Source: Candidatus Iainarchaeum sp. (GTDB taxonomy: Archaea > Iainarchaeota > Iainarchaeia > Iainarchaeales > VGJJ01). Taken from it: 32,000 nt of DNA. Below the pieces are notes generated by a model. It searched no databases. It saw only the letters and a list, made by a program, of their open reading frames with translations, and was not told the DNA's origin. Of this stretch, positions 15,450 to 23,865 are shown one piece after another. The DNA is taken from positions 120,001 through 152,000 of the forward strand of contig JAUYHT010000002.1 of NCBI GenBank assembly GCA_030688545.1, in the 5' to 3' direction. Within the stretch, counting starts at the first letter, position 1. Each line of letters begins with the position of its first letter. Made by a program: the position numbers and the translations under genes.

Positions 15450-17099
15450 TCAATCTACATTCATCTCGAACAGCACAATAGGAAAAGGAATACTGAGGCG
15501 TTCGAGGATGCGCGGGTGGAGTTCGCCCATGAAACCGGAACGATGGCCCATTGTTACAGTGGCGCTCCGGCCAGGGATGAATGTCGGGTTACCCATGGGA
15601 GCGAAAACAGGCTTCTCGCCCAAAACTTGTGCAAGGGCTTCGACCATGCCCTTCATCTCCTCGAATGACGCCGAGGCATGCCCCGAGAGGGTACAGAGCT
15701 TGTACACCGTCCGCGTCCCCGTTTCAGTATGGGAATCCGGAACCACCACCTGATCCAATTCGAACAACCGGAATGGTAATCGTTTGGAACGGTTGGCCAA
15801 TAATGCTCTCATGGTTTCGGGGTAAAGCATATTGCGTACCATCGAGAGACCTTTCTCTTTCACCACGCCCAACGTGATGTGTGGGGACTCCTCCCTATCA
15901 AAGGAGGTGAAATGATGCGCATGCGCGGTGAGGATTCCCGTCATAACTTCCTGGAAACCCATTCCAACGAGGGCCAACCGGATATCGGCATTCAATTGGG
16001 TTTGGGGAAGAATGCCCCCGCGGGTGGACAATGCCACTTCCATGGGGGAAAGGTTATCGAAACCATAGGCGCGGGCCACATCATCTACTAAATCCAAGGG
16101 GTGCAACACATCCACGCGGAAGGAAGGAACTTCCACTACCACCTGCTTAGGATTCATTTTAGGCACGCCATACAACATGCGCCCCAACAATTGGGACACT
16201 TGCTCAGAAGTGAAAGACGTTCCTAATGTCCTATTGACCACATCGATTTCCAATGGAACGAGGCGCGTGGCCAGCTCCGGGGTCACGCGAGGCTGTTGTT
16301 CATTGAAAAAATGAATCTGAACCTCATGGATGTCGCCTTTCATGTCCGTGAATAGGTGCGCCAAAATATCGAGTATAACGCTTACGGTGGGCCAATAGTG
16401 GCCAGACACTTCCACGAACAAATCGCGATCTTCCGGAGTAACCTGCCCCGCGTGCTGGGAATTGATAATGGGGGGCATGGAAAGGATTTTTCCCTTGGCA
16501 TCCCTGAACACTGGATATACGGGAAAATCCTTCAAGAGGTGCGCATATTTTTTCCCGGTAGGATGATTGACAAGGATGTCAGATCCGCGTTGCGATTTCT
16601 CTTCCCCCAAGGGAGCGAAAAGAATATCGTGAGGGGGCAATCCCACGAAAGAAATGGGCCAGGCTATCTTTCTTAATGGATAAATTCCAATAGCCGCCTT
16701 CTTGCGCTCGCGGGCAAAGGTGGCATGAATCTTCTCCTGCACCCAAATCAATTCTTCCAACCGTTCGGGGGTCAAAGGGAGGTTCCGCACGACCATGGCA
16801 GCGGTAAATGGACGCACGGGGTGCACCGATTTTTCTACTAATACGCGGTAATCAGATGGTTTCTTTTCGATTGGTGGAAGCCCTTTTGTGTACCCCAAAT
16901 AAGCATTCAGCACGCGCGCGATGCCAGCCGTGGATATCATGTCGGGGCGGTCCGCCGTGATGTCCATCTTCATCCATTTTGGATTGTTTTCAGTGAGTTC
17001 GAATCCCAAACGGGACAAGGCTTCCTCTAATTGGTCAAGGGTAATGGGCTTCCGCATGTACGCGTTGATTTGATCCAGGGAAGAATCAACATTAACCAT
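15450..17099 (-). CDS. pheT: Phenylalanyl-tRNA synthetase beta subunit (archaeal type)
   Basis: About 549 aa, immediately downstream of pheS with an ATGGTTAA start/stop overlap (17092-17099). Size and B3/4-B5-like layout are typical of archaeal PheRS beta. The track start at 17255 lies inside pheS. Confidence 0.9.
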   Translation of the reverse strand: MVNVDSSLDQINAYMRKPITLDQLEEALSRLGFELTENNPKWMKMDITADRPDMISTAGIARVLNAYLGYTKGLPPIEKKPSDYRVLVEKSVHPVRPFTAAMVVRNLPLTPERLEELIWVQEKIHATFARERKKAAIGIYPLRKIAWPISFVGLPPHDILFAPLGEEKSQRGSDILVNHPTGKKYAHLLKDFPVYPVFRDAKGKILSMPPIINSQHAGQVTPEDRDLFVEVSGHYWPTVSVILDILAHLFTDMKGDIHEVQIHFFNEQQPRVTPELATRLVPLEIDVVNRTLGTSFTSEQVSQLLGRMLYGVPKMNPKQVVVEVPSFRVDVLHPLDLVDDVARAYGFDNLSPMEVALSTRGGILPQTQLNADIRLALVGMGFQEVMTGILTAHAHHFTSFDREESPHITLGVVKEKGLSMVRNMLYPETMRALLANRSKRLPFRLFELDQVVVPDSHTETGTRTVYKLCTLSGHASASFEEMKGMVEALAQVLGEKPVFAPMGNPTFIPGRSATVTMGHRSGFMGELHPRILERLSIPFPIVLFEMNVD

Positions 17100-18621
17100 C
17101 CATTTTACCTCCCGGGATGGTGTGACGAGTGATAGGATAGTGGCGGATGTAATCCAGATCCACCTCCGGGCCCAATATTTCCTTGAGAGTAGCCTTTTCA
17201 TGGATGAATAACGCGGCGCGTTCCAGACCAAACCCCCACGAGATAACAGGAACATGGATCCCCAAAGGCGCCAATGTCTCGGGACGGAATATTCCCGAAT
17301 TGATTAACTCCACCCATATCTTGAGACGGGGGTGAAAGGCTAAGGCCTCCATGCTGGGTTCAGTATAGGGATTGTAGGTGGGGCGAAATTTTATTCGGGT
17401 GAGGCCCAACTTGGCATAGAATTCCTTGATAACCCCCATGAGATGACGCAAGGTCAAATTCTCCCCCATGACGAGACCATCAACCTGATAGAATTCCGCC
17501 AAATGAGTGGGGTCAATGGCCTCGTTCCTGAAAACGCGTCCGATGGAAAACGTTTTGGAAGGAATGGGAAGGTTTGTTGCCAGCGTACGAAAGGTGGTCG
17601 CGCTCCCATGCGTGCGCAGGAGCAGCTGCATGGCGATGCGGGGGTCCCATTCATAGCCGAAGCCGGTGGAACCCGTTTTCCCTCCGTGTTCATGCATAGC
17701 CTTCACCCGCTTCACGAGTTGAGCGTCGGGCAACACCGCTCTCCCGGAGGGAAGGTAGAATGTATCCTGTATCTCCCGCGCGGGATGATCCTGGGGGATG
17801 AACATGACATCCATATTCCAGAAAGCGCTCTCCACAAGCGGGCTTTCTTGTTCCTGGAAACCCAATTCCACCATGATTTTTTGCACGTCATAAATGACTG
17901 AGCGGAGGGGGTGAATGCGGCCTACTTGTTTTTCATCCACCCCGGCCTTGACATCATATGGTTTGAATGACCCTTTTTTCCAATCGCCACTCATTAGGAT
18001 GGAGGGGGTGAGGGGACCTATTTGTTTGGATGACGAAATTCTTTTTTGGGCCAGCGCCTTTTTCCCATCGGGGGTAAGCCGCGCCAACTCATTGGTGGTG
18101 GTTTTAGGGAGGATGAGACCGCGGGCCTGAAGCTCTGCAACAATGGGAGAATCACGCGGAGGAAATTCGTCCCGCGCGAGGGCTTGGAGCATCATCCACA
18201 CGGGTGAATTGGCGATGGATTTCTTTCCCAAATGGGTTAATGCCACCATGGTCTGTTCCCCATCCCCTTTCACCTCAATCCACTGAGAACGTTTGGCCAG
18301 GCCGAAGGCCGCGGTAAACTCTTGAGTGGTCCCATCGAATGTATTTCGCAGGTCATCCAAGGAAAGGGGTTTGGGATCAAGAATAGTGCCTAATCGCTGT
18401 TCCGGAAGGCTATTTTTTTCCAAAGCCGCTAAACCAGTGGGAGAAAGTATCCAATGGATGACCTTTTCCCTCGTCACACGCGCTAATCCTTGGGATTCGA
18501 GCTCTCCGAGCACACGGCGAATGGCATCCGCGGACATCCCCGTACTCTCAACGAGATGATGGATGTGTACATCCCGATCCAACTCCAACGCGCTGAGCAC
18601 CCGGTGCAGGGAAAGGTCCAT
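17092..18621 (-). CDS. pheS: Phenylalanyl-tRNA synthetase alpha subunit (archaeal type, N-terminal wHTH repeats)
   Basis: Class II motifs FRNEAIDPTHLAEFYQ and SWGFGLERAAL. ATG 18621 (MDLSLHRV) is preferred over the GTG at 18666. Confidence 0.93.
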   Translation of the reverse strand: MDLSLHRVLSALELDRDVHIHHLVESTGMSADAIRRVLGELESQGLARVTREKVIHWILSPTGLAALEKNSLPEQRLGTILDPKPLSLDDLRNTFDGTTQEFTAAFGLAKRSQWIEVKGDGEQTMVALTHLGKKSIANSPVWMMLQALARDEFPPRDSPIVAELQARGLILPKTTTNELARLTPDGKKALAQKRISSSKQIGPLTPSILMSGDWKKGSFKPYDVKAGVDEKQVGRIHPLRSVIYDVQKIMVELGFQEQESPLVESAFWNMDVMFIPQDHPAREIQDTFYLPSGRAVLPDAQLVKRVKAMHEHGGKTGSTGFGYEWDPRIAMQLLLRTHGSATTFRTLATNLPIPSKTFSIGRVFRNEAIDPTHLAEFYQVDGLVMGENLTLRHLMGVIKEFYAKLGLTRIKFRPTYNPYTEPSMEALAFHPRLKIWVELINSGIFRPETLAPLGIHVPVISWGFGLERAALFIHEKATLKEILGPEVDLDYIRHYPITRHTIPGGKMDG

Positions 18622-18803
18622 AGGAATGGAAATAGCCCCAAGGCGTTTAAAACTCCCCTCCTCCACCCCGTTTGAGGGAGACTCGTGCGCCCCAAAGTTA
18701 ACTATAATCAGGACCTTTATTCATGCGGGGAACGATTATTTTTAGCCGCATAAAATCTCCTCCAATGGTACTATTTGGGAAGGGGACCAGATGAATAATC
18801 CTA

Positions 18804-19547
18804 TCACCCCAACGCGAGCAACACTACCATGATCCCCACTCCCAGAAGGAAAAATCCCAATTGGACCAGGGAAACATTCCATTTCACTTCTTTATGCAAT
18901 TCAGGAATCAAATCGCTCCCCGCGATATAGAGAAAGTTTCCTGCGGCAAAGGGCACCAGCCAAACGGATAATCCTTCCGCGATTGCTCCTAATCCAAAAA
19001 CCAGAAAGACCCCAAACAAGGACGTGAGAGCGGTGAAGAGATTTATCTTCAATGCCTCATTAACCTTGAATCCCCCGTGGAGAAGAATGCCGAAATCCCC
19101 GATCTCCTGGGGAATCTCATGCAGGGCCACCGCGATGGTCGTGGCGATGCCAGCGGGAATACTAATCAAATACGCCGCGGCAATGATTATGCCATCAAGG
19201 AAATTGTGGAAAGCATCCCCCACTAAATTGACCCACACAAACGGATGCTTATGATCTTCATGGGGGTAGTGGCAATGGCGCCAATGAATCACTTTTTCGA
19301 TGATGAACATGACCACGATCCCCGCAAGGACGGTCAATGACACCTCAATCCCAAACCCTAATTCTTCCACACTCTCCGGGAGCAGGTGAATAAATACATC
19401 CCCAAATAAGGCGCCGGCCGCAAATGCCACGAGAAAAACCAGATGGCTCCGCAGCCGCTTTTGATTCAGGGACAACGTAAAAATTCCAATGAGGGAAATC
19501 AAACTCACCGCAATAACAGAAAGAAAAGCATATTCCAATGCCGCCAT
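18804..19547 (-). CDS. ZIP-family divalent metal transporter (ZupT-like)
   Basis: HNFLDG and HEIPQEIGDF signatures, a His-rich loop HCHYPHEDHKH and about 8 TM helices. TATA-like ATTATAAAGG and a GGAGG lie upstream. Confidence 0.9.
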   Translation of the reverse strand: MAALEYAFLSVIAVSLISLIGIFTLSLNQKRLRSHLVFLVAFAAGALFGDVFIHLLPESVEELGFGIEVSLTVLAGIVVMFIIEKVIHWRHCHYPHEDHKHPFVWVNLVGDAFHNFLDGIIIAAAYLISIPAGIATTIAVALHEIPQEIGDFGILLHGGFKVNEALKINLFTALTSLFGVFLVFGLGAIAEGLSVWLVPFAAGNFLYIAGSDLIPELHKEVKWNVSLVQLGFFLLGVGIMVVLLALG

Positions 19548-19688
19548 AAATGCGCCTCCAACCCAGCGATAATCCGTAATACACCTTTATAATAGGAATG
19601 AGCCCCCGATGATATAGCAGGCTGCATTGGCGTTTTCTTCCAGGACACCCCTAAGCGGCTTGCTAGGGAAGAATGGTGTTGGCCAGAT

Positions 19689-19761
19689 TTTTTGATCAAC
19701 CTTTTTTCCCAAAAAAAAGGACGGAAGAGGTTTTTGATCAACCTTTTTCCCAAAAAGGTTG
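19689..19761. repeat. Tandem 41-nt duplication TTTTTGATCAACCTTTTT(T)CCCAAAAA..GG; the second copy forms the perfect palindrome CAACCTTTTT-ccc-AAAAAGGTTG (19739-19761)
   Basis: Read directly. The first copy (about 19689-19720) is imperfect. The second abuts the duplicated tRNA 5' fragment. Confidence 0.6.
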
Positions 19762-19780
19762 CGGGGTTGGCAGAGTGGTC
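19761..19780 (+). repeat. Exact 20-nt copy of the tRNA-Ser 5' end (GCGGGGTTGGCAGAGTGGTC), with no matching 3' half
   Basis: Identical to 19863-19882. It is followed by hairpins GGCCAGT-ttcg-ACTGGCC (19781-19798) and GGGCACCC-(12 nt)-GGGTGCCC (19810-19837). Confidence 0.7.
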
Positions 19781-19862
19781 GGCCAGTTTCGACTGGCCAC
19801 TGCGAAAAAGGGCACCCATTTTAACAAACGGGTGCCCAGTCCATCCAAAGAAAATAAAGGAA

Positions 19863-19946
19863 GCGGGGTTGGCAGAGTGGTCTATAGCGGCAGCCTGCTA
19901 AGCTGTTCCGGGAAACCGGGCGAGGGTTCGAATCCCTCACCCCGCG
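19863..19946 (+). tRNA. tRNA-Ser (anticodon GCU), class II with long variable arm
   Basis: Acceptor GCGGGGT/ACCCCGC. Anticodon stem GCAGC/GCTGT with loop CTGCTAA. Variable arm CCGG-gaaa-CCGG. T-arm GAGGG-TTCGAAT-CCCTC. Discriminator G. No encoded CCA. One A-A mismatch in the D stem. Confidence 0.9.
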
Positions 19947-20044
19947 TCACTATTTTATTTGAGTCGAGTTCTTTAGTGAATGAGTTTTCCTCACTCCTCC
20001 ACCATCGAGTTTCTTCGTTACCCTTTTTTTGAAAGAATAATTGG

Positions 20045-20635
20045 CTAATCGACAACCAGAGGAAAGAGCTCCCTTTCTTTTTGAGAAATTCGTTGAGCAA
20101 GATCCTCAAACAATTCTTCCACCAAGGGATGCTGATTAATCTTTCCTCTTTTGGATTCTTTAACCATTTCAAATGTTATCCCGCGCTTCTTCCAGGTGCG
20201 GCCATCATCAAGGAAATTGTTAATCGTTGGGAGAATTTTATCCAAAGCATGGACGAAACGGGATTCCTTATCCAGTTTGGATTCATAGGCCGCGATCGTC
20301 GCATGCAAATCCCCAAACTCGGGGAATTCCGATTGTAATCGAATCGCGGCCAGGCGCTCATTCTCTTTCTTCATTGATTTATCTTTGGCGAACGTGTCGA
20401 TGTCACCCGCATACACTTCGACGAGATCATGGACTAAGGCATACCGAATAACCTTATCGAGATCTAAATCCAAATGGTGGGATTGAACTAAGTACCATGC
20501 CACGAGAGTCAATTGGTACTGGTGCTCACAATCGTTCTCCAATTGGTCCTCACCTTTAACATATATGGCCCGCTTCACTTGCCGGAGCTGATGGGTCATG
20601 CTCACAAAGCGCAGGAGGGGATCCAAATGGGGCAT
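20045..20635 (-). CDS. HD-domain phosphohydrolase (YfbR-like 5'-deoxynucleotidase family)
   Basis: ENDCEHQYQL...YALVHDLVEVYAGDI carries the H..HD..D metal-binding pattern. Confidence 0.85.
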   Translation of the reverse strand: MPHLDPLLRFVSMTHQLRQVKRAIYVKGEDQLENDCEHQYQLTLVAWYLVQSHHLDLDLDKVIRYALVHDLVEVYAGDIDTFAKDKSMKKENERLAAIRLQSEFPEFGDLHATIAAYESKLDKESRFVHALDKILPTINNFLDDGRTWKKRGITFEMVKESKRGKINQHPLVEELFEDLAQRISQKERELFPLVVD

Positions 20636-20678
20636 CACCCGGATAGGATAACGGGAATAATAACCATTTGCCCACTTC

Positions 20679-21302
20679 TTACACTACTATGAGGGCTTCT
20701 CCATCCCGGAGGGCTTTGAACAGGATCTTTTTCTCAATCAGGTAGGAGATGGCCTTGTCCGCCAATTCCGTCTCTGGATGGGGAGATTTGTAATGAGGGA
20801 CGATAGTATAGTCCAGTAGTCCCAATCCCTTCCAGATTATTTTGGATGGCTTGCCATACGGCTTTTGGGATAGGTCGTCCATGATATGAATGCCTTTCAA
20901 TGAAGGGCCTAAAACACAGATGCCAGCGCTGAATCCGCTGTAAACCACATCCGCTTTTTCCCGGTGCATTTTTTTTACTAATACATCAAACCCGCTTTTG
21001 TGCATGGCTTGGCGAAGCACGAAAGCGTTGCCTCCTCGCACCCAAAAAACGCCAAATTCCGAACATTTTTTTTCGAGTTTTTTGGGTTTAGAAAAATAAT
21101 CACGCAAATCCAGAATTTCCACTTTTAACCCTAATTCAGTGAGTGGAAGGATATCTGATTGAATGCTTTTCTTCCGGCGCGCGAGGTCGGATGAAAAATC
21201 CAAGGCGTTTGGAATATAGGCCGTTTTCCTGTTTTTGGGAAATAATCGTTTGAATGCGGCGGTTTCCTTCCCAATCTTGTAGGAGGATAGGTAGAAGCGC
21301 AT
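20679..21302 (-). CDS. Peptidase E-like (S51 family) dipeptidase
   Basis: VRGGNAFVLRQAMHKSGF and YSGFSAGICVLG (nucleophile Ser region) match the S51 pattern. Confidence 0.8.
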   Translation of the reverse strand: MRFYLSSYKIGKETAAFKRLFPKNRKTAYIPNALDFSSDLARRKKSIQSDILPLTELGLKVEILDLRDYFSKPKKLEKKCSEFGVFWVRGGNAFVLRQAMHKSGFDVLVKKMHREKADVVYSGFSAGICVLGPSLKGIHIMDDLSQKPYGKPSKIIWKGLGLLDYTIVPHYKSPHPETELADKAISYLIEKKILFKALRDGEALIVV

Positions 21303-21362
21303 GCATTTAGGGTTGGGTGGGAGAATTTATAGGTTCCTCCCGGATTCAGGAAGGGATGGCAA

Positions 21363-21800
21363 TCAGGGTAACACGAAGGATTGGAAGGCTTCCCCCAATC
21401 GCTGAGCAATTTCTTCGGGGGATTTCCCTTCGATTTCGGACCGGGGCATGGTGAACACGCATTTTTTTCTATCCATGAGGAAGATGCTGGGAGAAGACGG
21501 AGGGGATGGTGTCACATACTCCCGGAAGCGTTGGGTCGCCTCATTGTCCACCCCGGCGAAAACGGTGGCTCGAACGGAGGGAAATTTTTGGTTTTGAGTG
21601 GCTAAAACGATTCCCGGGCGCGCGCTCCCCGCGGCACACCCGCATACCGAATTAACGACAACTAACTTGGTGCCGGGAGTTGCGAGGAAGGAATCCACTT
21701 CCTCCTTGGAATGCAACAGGGTGAAACCCGCATCGGCGAGCTCCTGCTGCATGGGCGCGGTCATCTCGGCGGGGTAACGGCTCTGGGCGAGGGGGATCAT
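21363..21800 (-). CDS. Bacilliredoxin-like thiol-disulfide oxidoreductase (BrxA/BrxB, DUF1094/YphP family)
   Basis: The diagnostic VVNSVCGCAAGSARPG (CGC active site) is preceded by MQQELADAGFTLLHSKEEVDSFL, colinear with my recollection of B. subtilis YphP. ATG 21800 is preferred over the TTG at 21818. Confidence 0.85.
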   Translation of the reverse strand: MIPLAQSRYPAEMTAPMQQELADAGFTLLHSKEEVDSFLATPGTKLVVVNSVCGCAAGSARPGIVLATQNQKFPSVRATVFAGVDNEATQRFREYVTPSPPSSPSIFLMDRKKCVFTMPRSEIEGKSPEEIAQRLGEAFQSFVLP

Positions 21801-21849
21801 AAGAAGAATGGGTGACAAAACCTATATTAAATGCCCTGGAAAAAAAAAG

Positions 21850-22341
21850 TCACCGAGAAAGGGAACTTTTGAGGGCAGAAATGGATTCGCGCACCTCCTT
21901 TAGGTTGGAGGCCTTTTTCATGTATTTCTTGGCATATCGCATGATTGGCATGATAGATTCTATTTTCCGTCCAAACTTCTTTTCCATCCACACATACCGG
22001 GGAAACAACCACACGTGAAAATGGCTGCTACTCGTATCTTCCTCAAGGATCATGTGGACGAATTCCACCCCCAATGTTTTTCGCATTGCCTTGCGTGTAC
22101 GGGAAACGAACTCGATAAAATCCATACGCTCGTTTTTCGTCATGTCATCAATCCCATAAAAGTGACGTTTGGATACAATGATCACAAATCCAGGAATGGG
22201 ATATTCGAAATCCTGCTCCGCCCGGAAATGAACAGAGGAGACTATGGTTCCCCCGATAGGAGTTGCGGAACCTTTTTGGATGGCACATGCGATGCAAGAG
22301 ATGGAGTGGGTTTTCCCTTGTAAATCTACAATTCTTGCCAC
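21850..22341 (-). CDS. HIT-family (histidine triad) nucleotide hydrolase/transferase-like protein
   Basis: CIACAI near the N-terminus, PGFVIIVSKRHF, and a triad-like SSHFHVWLFPR. The start appears to be GTG. Confidence 0.75.
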   Translation of the reverse strand: MARIVDLQGKTHSISCIACAIQKGSATPIGGTIVSSVHFRAEQDFEYPIPGFVIIVSKRHFYGIDDMTKNERMDFIEFVSRTRKAMRKTLGVEFVHMILEEDTSSSHFHVWLFPRYVWMEKKFGRKIESIMPIMRYAKKYMKKASNLKEVRESISALKSSLSR

Positions 22342-22347
22342 CCCAAA

Positions 22348-22518
22348 TCACTCCCGCAAAAGACTTGGGCAGCACCGGCTCAACACTTTCTTCTTTTCCT
22401 CGGAGTTGAAATGGGGCCAATTCAATATTTCCTCGAGCGTGCGGCCGCACCCCGTGCAATTGGATTCCTCATCCAGGGTACACACATTGGTGCATGGGGA
22501 AGGTATGTCCTGTTCCAT
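22348..22518 (-). CDS. DUF1289-like small Cys-rich (putative Fe-S) protein
   Basis: SPCTNVCTLDEESNCTGCGRTLEEILNWPHFNSEEKKKV matches the SPC.gvC.ld....C.GC.Rt..Ei..W pattern. ATG 22518 leaves an 11-nt gap to the upstream gene. Confidence 0.75.
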   Translation of the reverse strand: MEQDIPSPCTNVCTLDEESNCTGCGRTLEEILNWPHFNSEEKKKVLSRCCPSLLRE

Positions 22519-22529
22519 AAAATTCGCCC

Positions 22530-23069
22530 CTACAGACTCCACTTTATTTCAGTGTCATGGTGCAGGAGGAGGTAGACGAAGAATATCCACGTGAGGAGTA
22601 ATGGAACTAATAGAATAGAGAAAGTCGGCCCAACCAAGGTTAGTTGATTGTCTAACATGATATCTCCGGGAACGAAAAGAGTGGTGGCAGTAGCCGCGTG
22701 CGCGGGGGTGGGAATGTTGGCCCAATTCAGGAATTGGACAATGGGAAAAACGGGAGAAAACGTGGTCACGATGACGATTAATGATAACACGAGAATAGAC
22801 CATGAAAAAGGACTCCGCTTCACATACACGTTTCCCAAGCCCGGGATGACAATGTTGGAGAAGAGAGCGACGAGGAAAGAGATGCGGGGTTTCTTGTTTA
22901 TGTCTTTTTCTTTTGAAATTGGACGGGGATGAACTACTTTTTCTCCCCGCTGGAGGGGCATGATCTTGGAGCGAATCCCTTTATCCATGGCGTGGATATC
23001 GAAACTTTCCGGATCAAATGTTTGGATGGGGGTCTTGCGCCTGGAGACGGAGTTCTTGGGAGGGGGCAT
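22530..23069 (-). CDS. Hypothetical membrane protein (basic cytoplasmic N-terminus, 3-4 TM helices)
   Basis: ATG 23069 lies about 26 nt downstream of TTTTAAATAG (23091-23100, minus strand). Hydrophobic segments include FLVALFSNIVIPGLGNVYV and FSILLVPLLLTWIFFVYLLL. Confidence 0.6.
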   Translation of the reverse strand: MPPPKNSVSRRKTPIQTFDPESFDIHAMDKGIRSKIMPLQRGEKVVHPRPISKEKDINKKPRISFLVALFSNIVIPGLGNVYVKRSPFSWSILVLSLIVIVTTFSPVFPIVQFLNWANIPTPAHAATATTLFVPGDIMLDNQLTLVGPTFSILLVPLLLTWIFFVYLLLHHDTEIKWSL

Positions 23070-23240
23070 GGTACAGAAGGGAATTCCGGGCTATTTAAAA
23101 CTGGGCATGAAGGGAAAATAAAGCTAGAAAAAAATAGAGTATTGTGACGGTTCGAAAAATGTGAAACGCATAACGCGTCGGGAAAACAACTCCTCGTCCC
23201 GCAAAGCGTCGCTCAAACTCCTAAAATTAGGTTACGAGTT

Positions 23241-23405
23241 CTACTGCATGTTTGCTTTCTGCTCCATATAGCAATCGCGGCAGAACACCGGTCTTCCCTG
23301 CCGAGGCTGGAAAGGCACTTGCGTCTCTTTTCCGCATTTGCTACAGGTGGCATCAAACATCTGGCGGGGACCTCGATCGAAGCCACCGCGTTCTTGGAAC
23401 GCCAT
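23241..23405 (-). CDS. Unannotated 54-aa CxxC...CxxC zinc-ribbon protein (MAFQERGGFDRGPRQMFDATCSKCGKETQVPFQPRQGRPVFCRDCYMEQKANMQ)
   Basis: Hand-translated, below the track cutoff. AAGGAG lies about 10 nt upstream of ATG 23405. C-x2-C-G-x5-VPF-x-P-x4-PV-x-C-x2-C is a widespread small Zn-ribbon module. Confidence 0.7.
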   Translation of the reverse strand: MAFQERGGFDRGPRQMFDATCSKCGKETQVPFQPRQGRPVFCRDCYMEQKANMQ

Positions 23406-23575
23406 CCGTTGTTTTCTCCTTTTTCTCTATATACCGGAATCCCTCATTAATGGGAACCCGATACATCAAATGCCCTCCAAGGCATTATAAACCCGAGTAT
23501 GGGAGGCCGCCATAAAGCCCAAGCCCATTTTAATGGCCCTGCAGCCTTAAATAGAGCCCTTGATGTATATTTGCC

Positions 23576-23791
23576 ATGAAACCCGCCCTTTTCCTATTGG
23601 GAGTCCTGGCCCTCATTCTGCTACTTCCATCAACGTCGGCGAGTGACATCCAATACCCCATTGTTGGGGAATGTGCCGAAGACCAATATCCCATTGTGGG
23701 AGAATGCCCGGATGAAACACCACCCAAATTGGGACCCTCGTATTACCTCCAGCCCGAGTTTTATCTCCCATCAAAATTGAGAGAAACATGA
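23576..23791 (+). CDS. Small secreted protein with a tandem QYPIVGEC repeat
   Basis: Sec-type signal peptide MKPALFLLGVLALILLLPSTSA|SD, then DIQYPIVGECAE / DQYPIVGECPD (nt about 23645-23710). TATA-like CTTAAATAG lies about 25-30 nt upstream. Confidence 0.5.
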   Translation: MKPALFLLGVLALILLLPSTSASDIQYPIVGECAEDQYPIVGECPDETPPKLGPSYYLQPEFYLPSKLRET

Positions 23792-23865
23792 CATTCTATG
23801 TTTTAGGGAATTGAACCCCATTTTGCAGGGTGGACAAAAATCAAGAAAGCCTGGGGGATTCAGAA

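Noticed and set aside
19761-19862. The upstream tRNA-Ser fragment as exon 1 of a split or intron-containing tRNA
   Set aside because: The intact downstream gene is contiguous and folds as a complete class-II tRNA. I could not see a bulge-helix-bulge motif at the would-be junctions, or a separate 3' half. It is kept as a duplication or att-like scar pending tRNAscan-SE analysis.
23530-23727. 65-aa minus-strand ORF with a repeated HSPTMGYW
   Set aside because: It is the antisense image of the QYPIVGEC repeat. The + strand frame has a canonical signal peptide and a TATA-like box, and this one has neither.
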